IMG/VR virus record: IMGVR_UViG_3300045988_122072
Span: 99,338-163,337 of that record
Origin: a virus
Strand: one strand, 5' to 3'
DNA: 64,000 nt
Shown piece by piece: positions 17,726 to 25,753 of this stretch. Each line of letters opens with the position of its first letter. The first letter of the stretch is position 1. A program made the position numbers and the translations under genes. Below the pieces are notes generated by a model. The model was given only the letters and a program-made list of their open reading frames with translations. It was not told where the DNA came from and ran no database searches.

Positions 17726-18278
17726 TAGAAAAACTATTTTCTTAATTCTAGGGGAAAGTGGTTGTGGTAAAGACTATTTGGTGGACAGACTTTGCAAAAC
17801 TGGTCTAAAAAAACTTATTAGTCATACAACCCGTGAAAAGCGTAAAGACGAACCTGACACTAGCCACATTTTTTCAACATACGAAGATTATCAGAACGCC
17901 AAAACATCGAATGATATTATTGCAGAGACTTGTATCAATGATGTGTTATATTGGAGTACAAAGAGTCAGTTGGCAGATGCGGATTTGTATATTATCGACA
18001 ATGTTGGAACTGACATGTTGCTAAAGATGGGGTTGCCGTATAGATTTGTACGTATTTATATTAATGTACCAAAGGCTATTCGCAGAGAAAGAGCTGTTAA
18101 ACGCGGAGATAACATGGATACATATGCCAAACGTGCCGCTGACGAATTTGAGCAGTTCGCAAATATGAAGATTCACAATAGATATGATTATGCAGTTTCT
18201 AATATTGACAGTGCAAAAGCTGGTAGCATTATTAGATGGATTATTAATACCGAAAGAATTGGCACAGTACAAAATTAA
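17718..18278 (+). CDS. Guanylate-kinase-like P-loop nucleotide (dNMP) kinase
   Basis: 'ILGESGCGKDYL' (P-loop) and 'ISHTTREKRKDE' (compare the guanylate kinase 'SHTTR.PR.GE'). 186 aa. Confidence 0.65.
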   Translation: MDDRKTIFLILGESGCGKDYLVDRLCKTGLKKLISHTTREKRKDEPDTSHIFSTYEDYQNAKTSNDIIAETCINDVLYWSTKSQLADADLYIIDNVGTDMLLKMGLPYRFVRIYINVPKAIRRERAVKRGDNMDTYAKRAADEFEQFANMKIHNRYDYAVSNIDSAKAGSIIRWIINTERIGTVQN

Positions 18279-18279
18279 A
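18264..18279 (+). promoter_or_regulatory. Leader box copy (ACAGTACAAAATTAAA) overlapping the stop of the kinase gene
   Basis: The box encodes the last codons (..TVQN*) of 17718..18278 and sits directly before AGGAG and ATG 18291. Only a weak promoter candidate is present (TTGACA 18205-18210 / CATTAT 18227-18232). Confidence 0.45.
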
Positions 18280-18290
18280 AGGAGTTTATT

Positions 18291-18866
18291 ATGAAGTATA
18301 TTGTAGCTTTAGATTGTGATTGCGTCCTGAATAACCTTATTGAAAGAACTTGCCAGATGTTTAATGAAAGATATGGTGCAGATATTTCAGAAGAAACTTT
18401 CACTCAATATGATGTTTATAAGTGCCTATCATTTGAAGATGCAGAAAAGTTTAAGGCTCTGTGGCACGAACGTGAACTATGGGATTCTCTATCTCCAACA
18501 TATCATTCTCAGTGGGGAGCTAAAAAGCTTGTAGATGATGGGTTTAGTGTTTACATTGCAACCAGTACGCACTACGAAAACTTCCCATGGAAAGTTGAGT
18601 GGCTGAAACATTATTTCAAGTTCATTGATGAACGCCATATTATCTGTATTGGTGACAAGAGTATTCTAAACGTGGACGTTATGGTAGATGACCATACAGA
18701 TAATCTTATCAATAATTTACATTGTAATAGAGTCCTTGTAGAAAAACCTTGGAATATGAACGTGCACGATGAAGCTTATAGCATTAAACGTTGCACGAAT
18801 TGGGATGAAATTGTTGAGGCAGTGGAAGAATTTTATAAGCAGGATAAGGAGCTGATGAAGGATTGA
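18291..18866 (+). CDS. 5'(3')-deoxyribonucleotidase (HAD superfamily, NT5C/YorS-like)
   Basis: The N-terminal 'IVALDCDCVLNNL' is a variant of the HAD 'DxDxV' nucleophile motif. 'VMVDDHTDNL' is the terminal acidic motif. 191 aa, typical size. Confidence 0.6.
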   Translation: MKYIVALDCDCVLNNLIERTCQMFNERYGADISEETFTQYDVYKCLSFEDAEKFKALWHERELWDSLSPTYHSQWGAKKLVDDGFSVYIATSTHYENFPWKVEWLKHYFKFIDERHIICIGDKSILNVDVMVDDHTDNLINNLHCNRVLVEKPWNMNVHDEAYSIKRCTNWDEIVEAVEEFYKQDKELMKD

Positions 18867-19468
18867 ATACAAGAATTAATTATATTTCAGATTCTTGGAC
18901 AAGAATAAAAAATCATTGTAGAACAACTGTCAATAAGAAATTCACAGAAAAAGAGCCAACTGATAAGTTTAAGGAAGAACTTTTAATTAGCGAACATTCT
19001 CCTATTAGATGTCTTGAGGTTGATTGGACATGGGAGAATATTCCTTATTGGGTAAGTACGGAACTAAGCCGCCATAAGCATGAAAAGTTTATTAGTTCAC
19101 AGCGTGATGACAGAAATAATAATGAAATTCCTCGCGGAAAGAAACCACAAGATTCTCCCGTCACTCATGACGCATATGCAAATGCCCAGAATCTAATTGA
19201 CATGATGCGTAAAAGACTTTGTTTTATGGCAACCAAAGAAGCTAGAGAAGCGGCAGAAAATTTGAAATATGAACTACATAATTACGAACCACAACTAGCA
19301 AATGTGCTTATGCCGAATTGCTTATATAGAGCAGGATGTCCAGAGTTTGAAACTTGCGGATTTTGGAAGAAGTTCAAGGAAAAACATCCAGATGTAGATA
19401 TGACCGATATTAAAGAAAGATATCGAGCATATAATGAAGATTTTTATAAGAAATTTAATGAGGAGTGA
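18863..19468 (+). CDS. thyX: ThyX-like (flavin-dependent thymidylate synthase family), divergent
   Basis: 'EHSPIRCLEVDWTWENIPYWVSTELSRHKHEKFISSQRDD' parallels the ThyX 'H.S.lEh..ftf.i.gvSr....ql.RHR..S.sqqSqRY' block. It is short (201 aa) and starts at TTG, so the assignment is tentative. Confidence 0.5.
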   Translation: MNTRINYISDSWTRIKNHCRTTVNKKFTEKEPTDKFKEELLISEHSPIRCLEVDWTWENIPYWVSTELSRHKHEKFISSQRDDRNNNEIPRGKKPQDSPVTHDAYANAQNLIDMMRKRLCFMATKEAREAAENLKYELHNYEPQLANVLMPNCLYRAGCPEFETCGFWKKFKEKHPDVDMTDIKERYRAYNEDFYKKFNEE

Positions 19469-20271
19469 TGTCTGTGACTGTAGAACAATGGCTTGGTAAA
19501 GATAATAAAATTGGTATTGATATTTGGCACAAGAAATATCAGTACAACAATGAAAATTTTGACGAATGGTTAGATAGAGTAAGCGCTGGAGATAAAGAGC
19601 TAAAACAACTTATCATTGAAAAGAAATTTTTAATGGGTGGTAGAACACTTGCTAATCGTGGTACAAATAGTACTGGTAGCCTGTTTAATTGTTACTCCAG
19701 AGGCTATGTTGAAGATGACTATTCTGATATTATGGATGCTGCAAAAGACATTGGCGTAACATTTAAGGCTCAGGGAGGACAGGGCATTTCTCTTACTAAG
19801 CTTCGTCCAAAGGGCACACCAATCAAGAAAGAATATTTTTCTGATGGTATTGTACCATTTATGAAGATTTTTAATGAAGTTACCGCAGGGACTTCTCAGG
19901 GTGGGGCTCGAAAGGGAGCGCTTATGCTTTCTGTCGATGCTAGGCACAAGGAAGCAGAAACATTCATTAAGATTAAGTCAAAGGACGGAGAGATTGAAAA
20001 GGCGAATCTATCTCTTGAAATCGATGATGAATTTATGAGAGCCATTGAGAAGTATTATGATACTGGAGAAGTTGTCGTGCTGCATGAAAAGCGTAATTAT
20101 GCTGGTCATGAAGTAGAATATGATGTAACGCCAATTAACATTTTCAATATGCTTGTAGATAATTGTTATGATTGGGCAGATCCTGCATGTTTGTTTGTTA
20201 ATAGGTTTAGAAATTATAATCTAATGCAGTATGATGATGAATATGAAATTGAAACTTGCAATCCTTGTGGT
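19465..20271 (+). CDS. nrdJ: Class II (B12-dependent) ribonucleotide reductase NrdJ, exon 1
   Basis: The ORF reads through to '..IETCNPCG' and then runs into junk and a stop (WLTCRK*). The conserved active-site motif NPCGEQPL is completed only by exon 2. The exact start is ambiguous (19465, 19468 or 19474). Confidence 0.8.
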
Positions 20272-20716
20272 TGGTTAACTTGCCGCAAGTAAAACATCCC
20301 GTAAAATCGGTGAAGCCTACACCGAAAGGCATGGTAATACCGAGTTCCCACTGCATCACAGGGGAATGTAACGCATAGGCGATGAGCGGATATGAGAGCA
20401 ATAATTCGCCCACGAGTACGGGACATTGGCACATAACGGAGTGATAATATTGATTATATATAAAGTAATAAACATTATTAATGGCAAGGTGTACAAATGA
20501 ATATTATCAATGAAAAATATGATCTTAAAGACATTAGAAGCCTATATCCTTGCTTTAATGTTAAAAATTCAAAAGATCTTGCAAACTGTTTAAAAGATTA
20601 TGTGCTAAATGAAAATATATGCTGAACTGGTCTGAACTGACAGACGTATCGGGTTATACCCGTATGAGAGAAATCTCCAGAAGCTATGGATAAAAAGCCA
20701 TAGCGATAACACACAG
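20272..20716 (+). ncRNA. Group I-like self-splicing intron in nrdJ (445 nt, no intact HEG)
   Basis: The 5' exon ends in U (20271) and the intron ends in G (20716). A P1 can form between exon CUUGUGGU (20264-20271) and intron GCCGCAAG (20282-20289), with a U.G pair at the splice site. GC-richer paired-looking flanks surround an AT-rich central insert. Removal restores NPCG|EQPLPKHGACCLSSLNLSEFV in frame. Confidence 0.7.
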
Positions 20717-22189
20717 GAGCAACCACTTCCAAAGCATGGAGCATGTTGCTTGTCATCCCTTAACCTATCTGAGTTTGTTGTAAACCCATATACTCCAACT
20801 GCGCATTTGAACACAGAAGATTTCCTTCATGCTATTGATGTTGGAATTAGAACTCTTGATAAGCTAATTGACGAAAACTACAATAGGCACCCGCTACAGC
20901 AGCAAAGAGATATGTCATATAATTATAGAAACATTGGTCTCGGCATTTTTGGATATGCAACTGCTCTAATGAAGCTTGGACTTAAGTATGGTTCAAATGA
21001 AGCAATCGAATTTACTGATGATGTATTTTCACTTTTATTCAAACGAGCAGTATTCGCAAGCAATAATCTTGCAAAAGAATTAGGTACATATCCGAAGTAT
21101 AAGGAGTGCGTATTTGATAGCGACATTATTAAGAATCATTTTACACCAGATGAAATTGATGGTCTAAAAGAACACGGTCTTAGAAACTGCTCTTTAATTT
21201 CAATTGCTCCGAATGGGTCTCTTGCTACTTTACTTGGAGAATCTGGTGGATGTGAGCCTGAGTTTGCACTTAAGTATACACGTAGAACTGTCGGTATGAC
21301 AGACGGCGAAGATACTTATTATGATGTTTACTGTAAAGCAGCAAAAGAATATATGGATGCAAACCATACAGATATCCTTCCAGACTATTTTGTTGGCTCT
21401 GCAGATATTCCTTGGCAAAATAGAGTGCTAACACAGGCGGCTATGCAAAACCATGTAGATACTGCAATTAGTTCTACAGTAAATATGCCTAATTCTGCTA
21501 CAAAAGAAGATGTAGCTCATATGTATTTACTTGCGTGGTCAACTGGCTGTAAGGGCATTACGATGTTTAGAGATGGATGTAAACGCCTTGGCATTCTGAC
21601 AACAGACAAATCTGAAAGTGGCACAGACGAAAATGGAATTAAGCCTTATGAACTTCCACGTGGCGCTATTATTGAATGTTCTAGTGACCTAGTTGGTAAA
21701 AAGCGCAAGCTTACTACGGGGTGTGGTAGTTTACATGTTCTTGCATTTTTTGACCCATATGATGGCTCACTACAAGAAGCATATTTCAATAAGGGGTCAA
21801 CTGGAGGATGCGCCAACTTTATGACTGGTCTTAGCAGAACAGTTTCACTATTGTGCAGAGCAGGTGTTGATATTATGACCATTAAAGATCAACTAGATTC
21901 TACTGGCGCTTGTCCGAGCTATGCCGCAAGAACTGCAACTAGACATGATACATCTAAGGGGTCATGTTGTCCAATGGCAATTGGTAATGCATTAGTTGAA
22001 ATGTATAATGAGATGCAACAAGATATTGGTGATAATGAAGAGGAAATTAATACTGATACAGTTGTTCATCAGATAACGAAGCCTGAACAAATTAATTCAA
22101 ACGATAGATGCCCAGAATGTGGGTCTATTCTTGAACACGTTGGCGGCTGTGATTTGTGTAAAAATTGTGGATTTACTCACTGTGGGTAA
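20717..22189 (+). CDS. nrdJ: Class II ribonucleotide reductase NrdJ, exon 2
   Basis: The in-frame extension upstream of track ORF 20750.. reads EQPLPKHGACCLSSLNLSEFV. 'KLTTGCGSLHVLAFFDP.DGSL.E.YFNKGSTGGCANF' is the NrdJ C-terminal signature, followed by a terminal Cys4 zinc ribbon. Confidence 0.8.
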   Translation, partial: EQPLPKHGACCLSSLNLSEFVVNPYTPTAHLNTEDFLHAIDVGIRTLDKLIDENYNRHPLQQQRDMSYNYRNIGLGIFGYATALMKLGLKYGSNEAIEFTDDVFSLLFKRAVFASNNLAKELGTYPKYKECVFDSDIIKNHFTPDEIDGLKEHGLRNCSLISIAPNGSLATLLGESGGCEPEFALKYTRRTVGMTDGEDTYYDVYCKAAKEYMDANHTDILPDYFVGSADIPWQNRVLTQAAMQNHVDTAISSTVNMPNSATKEDVAHMYLLAWSTGCKGITMFRDGCKRLGILTTDKSESGTDENGIKPYELPRGAIIECSSDLVGKKRKLTTGCGSLHVLAFFDPYDGSLQEAYFNKGSTGGCANFMTGLSRTVSLLCRAGVDIMTIKDQLDSTGACPSYAARTATRHDTSKGSCCPMAIGNALVEMYNEMQQDIGDNEEEINTDTVVHQITKPEQINSNDRCPECGSILEHVGGCDLCKNCGFTHCG

Positions 22190-22190
22190 T

Positions 22191-22206
22191 ACAATACAAA
22201 ATTAAT
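22191..22206 (+). promoter_or_regulatory. Leader box copy (ACAATACAAAATTAAT) immediately after the nrdJ stop
   Basis: Perfect 16-mer starting 2 nt after the nrdJ stop codon. Followed by GGAGG and, further on, the HNH-AP2 gene. No strong -35/-10 is visible upstream. Confidence 0.45.
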
Positions 22207-22247
22207 TTATTGGAGGAATGAAATATGGATAACAAGGTGGTGAATAA

Positions 22248-22991
22248 ATGGTTAAAGTAACGAATAATTTAATTGACAAAATATTCGGAAGGCTTACCGT
22301 CATAAAACAAGGCGAAGATTATATATGCCCAAATGGAAAACATGTTGCACAGTGGTATTGCAAATGTAGCTGCGGTAATCAAGATCTTAAATTAATACGT
22401 GGATCTAGTCTAACAAGTGGTAAAACAAAGTCGTGTGGATGTTTATCGAAAGAAAATGGAATTAAACAAGGAAAAAAGTTTAAAAAATATAATAAATATG
22501 ATTTATCTGGAGAATATGGAATTGGATATACTAACAAAAATGAAGAATTTTGGTTCGATATTGAAGACTATGATAAGATACGAAACTATTGTTGGTATTA
22601 TAATTCAAATGGTTATGTATGTTCACAAGATGAAGAACATAAGCACATCTATTTACATCGATTAATAATTGGGGTAACAGATCCCATGATAGTAATAGAC
22701 CATATTAAACATCCAGCAAATAAAGAACATAAAGTGGATAATAGAAAATCAAATTTAAGAAAAGTCACACAGGTTGAAAATAATAGAAATAAACATAAGC
22801 AGATAAACAATATTAGCGGCACTTCTGGTGTCTATTATGATAATAAAAATAAAAAATGGGTGGCTCAAATTAGTTTGAATAATAGAACAAAATATGTTGG
22901 ACAATCTAACGATATACAGGATGCAATTGACATTAGAAAAGAAGCGAAACAAAAATATTATCAAGAATATGCATTTAATATAAATAATTAA
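22248..22991 (+). CDS. Free-standing HNH (HNH_3) endonuclease with AP2 DNA-binding domain
   Basis: 'IDHIKHPANKEHKVDNRKSNLRKVTQVENNRN' is the HNH_3 motif. 'SGTSGVYYDNKNKKWVAQISLNNRTKYVGQSNDIQDAIDIRKEA' is an AP2 domain. The N-terminal 'FGRLTV...C.C.CG......SL.SG.TKSCGC' block is typical of phage homing endonucleases. Confidence 0.8.
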   Translation: MVKVTNNLIDKIFGRLTVIKQGEDYICPNGKHVAQWYCKCSCGNQDLKLIRGSSLTSGKTKSCGCLSKENGIKQGKKFKKYNKYDLSGEYGIGYTNKNEEFWFDIEDYDKIRNYCWYYNSNGYVCSQDEEHKHIYLHRLIIGVTDPMIVIDHIKHPANKEHKVDNRKSNLRKVTQVENNRNKHKQINNISGTSGVYYDNKNKKWVAQISLNNRTKYVGQSNDIQDAIDIRKEAKQKYYQEYAFNINN

Positions 22992-23004
22992 AGGAGAATG
23001 AGAC

Positions 23005-23313
23005 ATGGATAATAATATTAACACAAGAAAATATAGTTGTGCAGTATGTGGCAAAGAATATGATAGCATTGAAGATCGCAATAAGTGTGAAGCTCAGTGC
23101 ATTGCTGACCGCAAAAAGGCGGAAGCGGCACTTGCAAAGAAAAAGCTTGAGGACGAAAAGGCTGCTCGTAAGGCAGAAATTGATAAGAAGTACAAGGAAC
23201 TAAATGTTCTTATCGACAATTATATCAAGGACTATGGCTCCATTCAGATTGGTGAGGCTCGTTATTTTGATGATTTCCCTGCGCTATCTAAGCTGCTTGG
23301 AGGTTGGTTTTAA
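23005..23313 (+). CDS. Hypothetical coiled-coil protein with N-terminal CxxC...CxxxC
   Basis: 102-aa ORF with GGAGAATGAG upstream. 'CAVCGKEYDSIEDRNKCEAQC' is followed by a Lys/Ala/Glu-rich helix. Confidence 0.45.
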   Translation: MDNNINTRKYSCAVCGKEYDSIEDRNKCEAQCIADRKKAEAALAKKKLEDEKAARKAEIDKKYKELNVLIDNYIKDYGSIQIGEARYFDDFPALSKLLGGWF

Positions 23314-23819
23314 TGAATGTAAAGTTTGCAAAAGTAAGACCAAGCGCAAAGGCTCCAATTAAAGGAGATGCTGGCAACATGTGCTTTGATTTCTTCCCTT
23401 GTTTTGAGCAGGACTGGATTGAAATTAAGCCATTTGAAGTGAAGCTGGTACCTACTGGTATTGCGACCGCTTTTGATAACAGCCTAGGTCTAGTCTTTAG
23501 AGAGCGTGGCTCTACAGGGAAGATTAATCTCAAGGTTAATTCTGGTGTAGTAGACGCAAATTATAGAGGAGAAATTTTTGTGGCTCTCCTAAATTGTAAT
23601 AAAGACAGGTCAATCTTTATTTCTAAATTTGGAGATACTGGAGAACAGTCTCCTTTGACTGAACATCCAGATGGAATTCTTGTTCCATATGAAAAGGCTA
23701 TTTGCCAAGGAATGTTTTTACCAGTTCCTGAAATTGAACTTGAAGAAATTGGTTTTAATGAGCTATCTCAAATTCCCTCTGCAAGAGGAGCAAATTGTCT
23801 TGGTAGTAGCGGGCGCTAA
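23313..23819 (+). CDS. dut: dUTP diphosphatase (trimeric dUTPase)
   Basis: ATG 23313 is an internal Met of track ORF 23304... Motifs 'GDAGNMCFD', 'SGVVDANYRGEI' and C-terminal 'RGANCLGSSG' correspond to dUTPase motifs I, III and V. Confidence 0.85.
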   Translation: MNVKFAKVRPSAKAPIKGDAGNMCFDFFPCFEQDWIEIKPFEVKLVPTGIATAFDNSLGLVFRERGSTGKINLKVNSGVVDANYRGEIFVALLNCNKDRSIFISKFGDTGEQSPLTEHPDGILVPYEKAICQGMFLPVPEIELEEIGFNELSQIPSARGANCLGSSGR

Positions 23820-23832
23820 TTAAATAAAAAAT

Positions 23833-23865
23833 ACGGGACTACTGGAATAAAGCCAGTAGCCCCGT
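23833..23865 (+). terminator. Terminator-like hairpin after dut
   Basis: 13-bp stem ACGGGACTACTGG / CCAGTAGCCCCGT (one mismatch) with a 7-nt loop. The downstream U-tract is weak (AAAATTT), and the A-run upstream would give a U-tract on the opposite strand. Confidence 0.5.
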
Positions 23866-23939
23866 AAAATTTATATATAACAATGCAACCATTTAAATAA
23901 TTGCCATATTTATTTAAAAATATTCAAGGAGATGATATA

Positions 23940-24134
23940 ATGAAATATATTACCGTTAAACAATTATATGAAAAATTAAATGCACAACATCCTGGTATAA
24001 TAGGAATCAATTCTGTATATGATCTTGTCAAAAGAAAAGACTTCCCCTCCGTAAGAATCGGCAACAAATTTCTTATCATTGAAGATAAAGTTGATGCATG
24101 GTTCGAGAAAAAGACATTGGCATATAAAAAATAA
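23940..24134 (+). CDS. xis: Excisionase-family helix-turn-helix DNA-binding protein
   Basis: AAGGAG lies 6 nt upstream of ATG 23940. 'ITVKQLYEKLN...INSVYDLVKRKDFPSVRIGNKFLIIEDKVDAWFE' matches the HTH_17/excisionase pattern. It lies directly upstream of the integrase. Confidence 0.65.
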   Translation: MKYITVKQLYEKLNAQHPGIIGINSVYDLVKRKDFPSVRIGNKFLIIEDKVDAWFEKKTLAYKK

Positions 24135-24149
24135 TCATTAAGCCTTGCT

Positions 24150-24445
24150 ATGCATTGCAAATTGTGGTACAATCAAATTGTGGTAAATGATGTGGTCAAA
24201 TACAAAACACATTCACACAAACACTAGTCGAATCAATACTTTGAAGTTCTTACCTAGGTAGGTTTAGTTTATCCATTTGAATAAAAATTAGCGCAATAAA
24301 TATTATCATTATATAATCAACAAACCTAGTATTTTCAATGGATTAGCCCTAATATATAAATCATAAGCATTTCACTAACATTCATTGTTTTTGATGTTTT
24401 TTCACCATATTTAATACCATAATTGTGGTATAAATGTGGTACGAA
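24150..24445. repeat. Repeat-rich xis-int intergenic region (putative attP arm / operator sites)
   Basis: The 12-mer CAAATTGTGGTA occurs at 24158-24169 and 24174-24185. ATGTGGTC lies at about 24189-24196. AATTGTGGTA is at 24421-24430 and AAATGTGGTA at 24432-24441. Inverted ATACCA/TGGTAT occurs at about 24414-24431. A 10-bp palindrome TACCTAGGTA lies at 24251-24260. Confidence 0.55.
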
Positions 24446-24454
24446 ATTTACAAC

Positions 24455-24509
24455 TTGACCACATTAGTTAACATAAATTATAATAGTAGTACAATTAATT
24501 TTGTATTGT
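24455..24509 (+). promoter_or_regulatory. Sigma70-like promoter for int followed by an INVERTED leader box
   Basis: TTGACC 24455-24460, 18-nt spacer, TATAAT 24479-24484. ATTAATTTTGTATTGT at 24494-24509 is the reverse complement of ACAATACAAAATTAAT. Together with ACAAT at 24491-24495 it forms ACAAT-N9-ATTGT. Confidence 0.55.
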
Positions 24510-24525
24510 TAAAGGAGTGGTTATT

Positions 24526-25668
24526 GTGGCAAAGAAGAGAATGAACGGAGAAGGATCTTGGACACAGCGCGATAATGGTAAATGGAAGTTATCTGTATCA
24601 TACAAGGGGTTTGGCAGGAAATATTTCTATGGCACCAAGCAAGAGTGCTTAAACAAAAAGCAAGAATTTGAAGCGTTATTGTCAACAGGTATTGTTGGAG
24701 AGAAAGACGTTTTATTTAAGGATTTTGCTCATTCATGGCTTAAAAATATTAAACAGCCATCGATTAAACCAGCCTCATATGATAGACTTGCAGACATAAC
24801 AGAAAATTTTTTAATTAAACAGTTAGGGGATTTGGCGTTGCAACAAATAGATGATAGTTTAATTCAAACCATGATAATAAATAAGTTTAAAACAGACGGG
24901 TATTCACGTTCAACAATTCGCAAAGCTTATGGAACATTGGGGCAAATTTTTGATTATGCTATAGCCAGAGGGAAAGTAAACAAAAACCCAATAGACAATG
25001 TGGTGATGCCAAAACGAGAACTATTTGAAGAAAAAGAGCAAAGATTCTTTTCAGAAGAGGAAAGAGCTAGGTTGGTAAACGCCTGCTATATGAAATATAG
25101 TAACGGGGAAAGAAGATTTAAATATGGTGCATTTTATGTTTTCTTAATGTATACTGGGCTTAGACTTGGCGAAGGACTCGCACTTAAGTGGAAATATATT
25201 GACTTTGAAAAAAGGACAGTCTATGTATCAAGAACCATAGTATATGTAAAAGACCGAACAAAAAATGATGGAAGCAAAATTCTTATTGATCAATCAACTA
25301 CAAAGGGAGGAAGAGGGAGAACCGTATTTTTATCAGACATGGCAATAGAGGCTCTTAACGATCTGAAAGAAGAAAAAGGATATGATCCAGAACAGTACAT
25401 TATACGCTCAAGATATAATACAATGGTTCGCCCTGCTGATGCGTATAAGGTATTCCAGCGTATATTAAAACAAGCAGACATAGAACAGTGTGGGCCACAC
25501 TCATTGAGACACACGTTCGTAAGTGCGCTTATTGACCAAGGTGTTCCAATAACAATGATTTCGAAAATAGTTGGGCACGCAAAAATTGATGTTACAATGA
25601 CAGTATATTCTCATTTGTTGCAAGAAACACAAAATGCATCTATGTCTGTTATAAAAAATCTTAAGTAA
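24526..25668 (+). CDS. int: Tyrosine recombinase / phage integrase
   Basis: Catalytic contexts 'TGLRLGEGLAL' (Arg), 'HSLRHTF' (HxxR) and 'GHAKIDVTMTVYSHL' (His...Tyr). N-terminal 'GEGSWTQRDNGKWKLSV' arm-binding-type motif. The start is ambiguous: GTG 24526 (8 nt after AGGAG), track start 24517, or ATG 24541. Confidence 0.9.
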   Translation: MAKKRMNGEGSWTQRDNGKWKLSVSYKGFGRKYFYGTKQECLNKKQEFEALLSTGIVGEKDVLFKDFAHSWLKNIKQPSIKPASYDRLADITENFLIKQLGDLALQQIDDSLIQTMIINKFKTDGYSRSTIRKAYGTLGQIFDYAIARGKVNKNPIDNVVMPKRELFEEKEQRFFSEEERARLVNACYMKYSNGERRFKYGAFYVFLMYTGLRLGEGLALKWKYIDFEKRTVYVSRTIVYVKDRTKNDGSKILIDQSTTKGGRGRTVFLSDMAIEALNDLKEEKGYDPEQYIIRSRYNTMVRPADAYKVFQRILKQADIEQCGPHSLRHTFVSALIDQGVPITMISKIVGHAKIDVTMTVYSHLLQETQNASMSVIKNLK

Positions 25669-25669
25669 T

Positions 25670-25697
25670 GAGTGGTTTTAACCACTCTTTTTATTTT
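25670..25697 (+). terminator. Rho-independent terminator after int
   Basis: GAGTGGTT / AACCACTC inverted repeat (25670-25687) followed by TTTTTATTTTT. Confidence 0.65.
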
Positions 25698-25753
25698 TGC
25701 ATTGCAAATGACACGAGAATGAAGTAAAATAATATGAGAGGGGAGTGATAAAT

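Noticed and set aside
20497-20625. A 42-aa ORF (MNIINEKYDLKDIRSLYPCFNVKNSKDLANCLKDYVLNENIC) in the AT-rich centre of the nrdJ intron.
   Set aside because: It is too short for any known homing endonuclease family and has no LAGLIDADG, GIY-YIG or HNH motif. At most it is a decayed remnant, so it is not annotated as a gene.
20272-20716. An intein or a group II intron as the explanation for the split nrdJ, and likewise for the TMP split at 42893-44722.
   Set aside because: Both inserts contain in-frame stops right after the junction, so they cannot be inteins. Neither starts with GUGYG or ends with AY, and neither encodes a reverse transcriptase or shows an obvious domain V, so group II is unlikely. 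U/G boundaries with P1 pairing fit group I.
22225-22260. An ATG at 22225 downstream of the leader box and GGAGG, as the start of the HNH-AP2 gene.
   Set aside because: It opens only an 11-codon ORF (MDNKVVNKWLK*) in a different frame. The HNH-AP2 frame starts at ATG 22248, with AAGGTGG upstream. The mini-ORF could be a leader peptide, but there is no further support.
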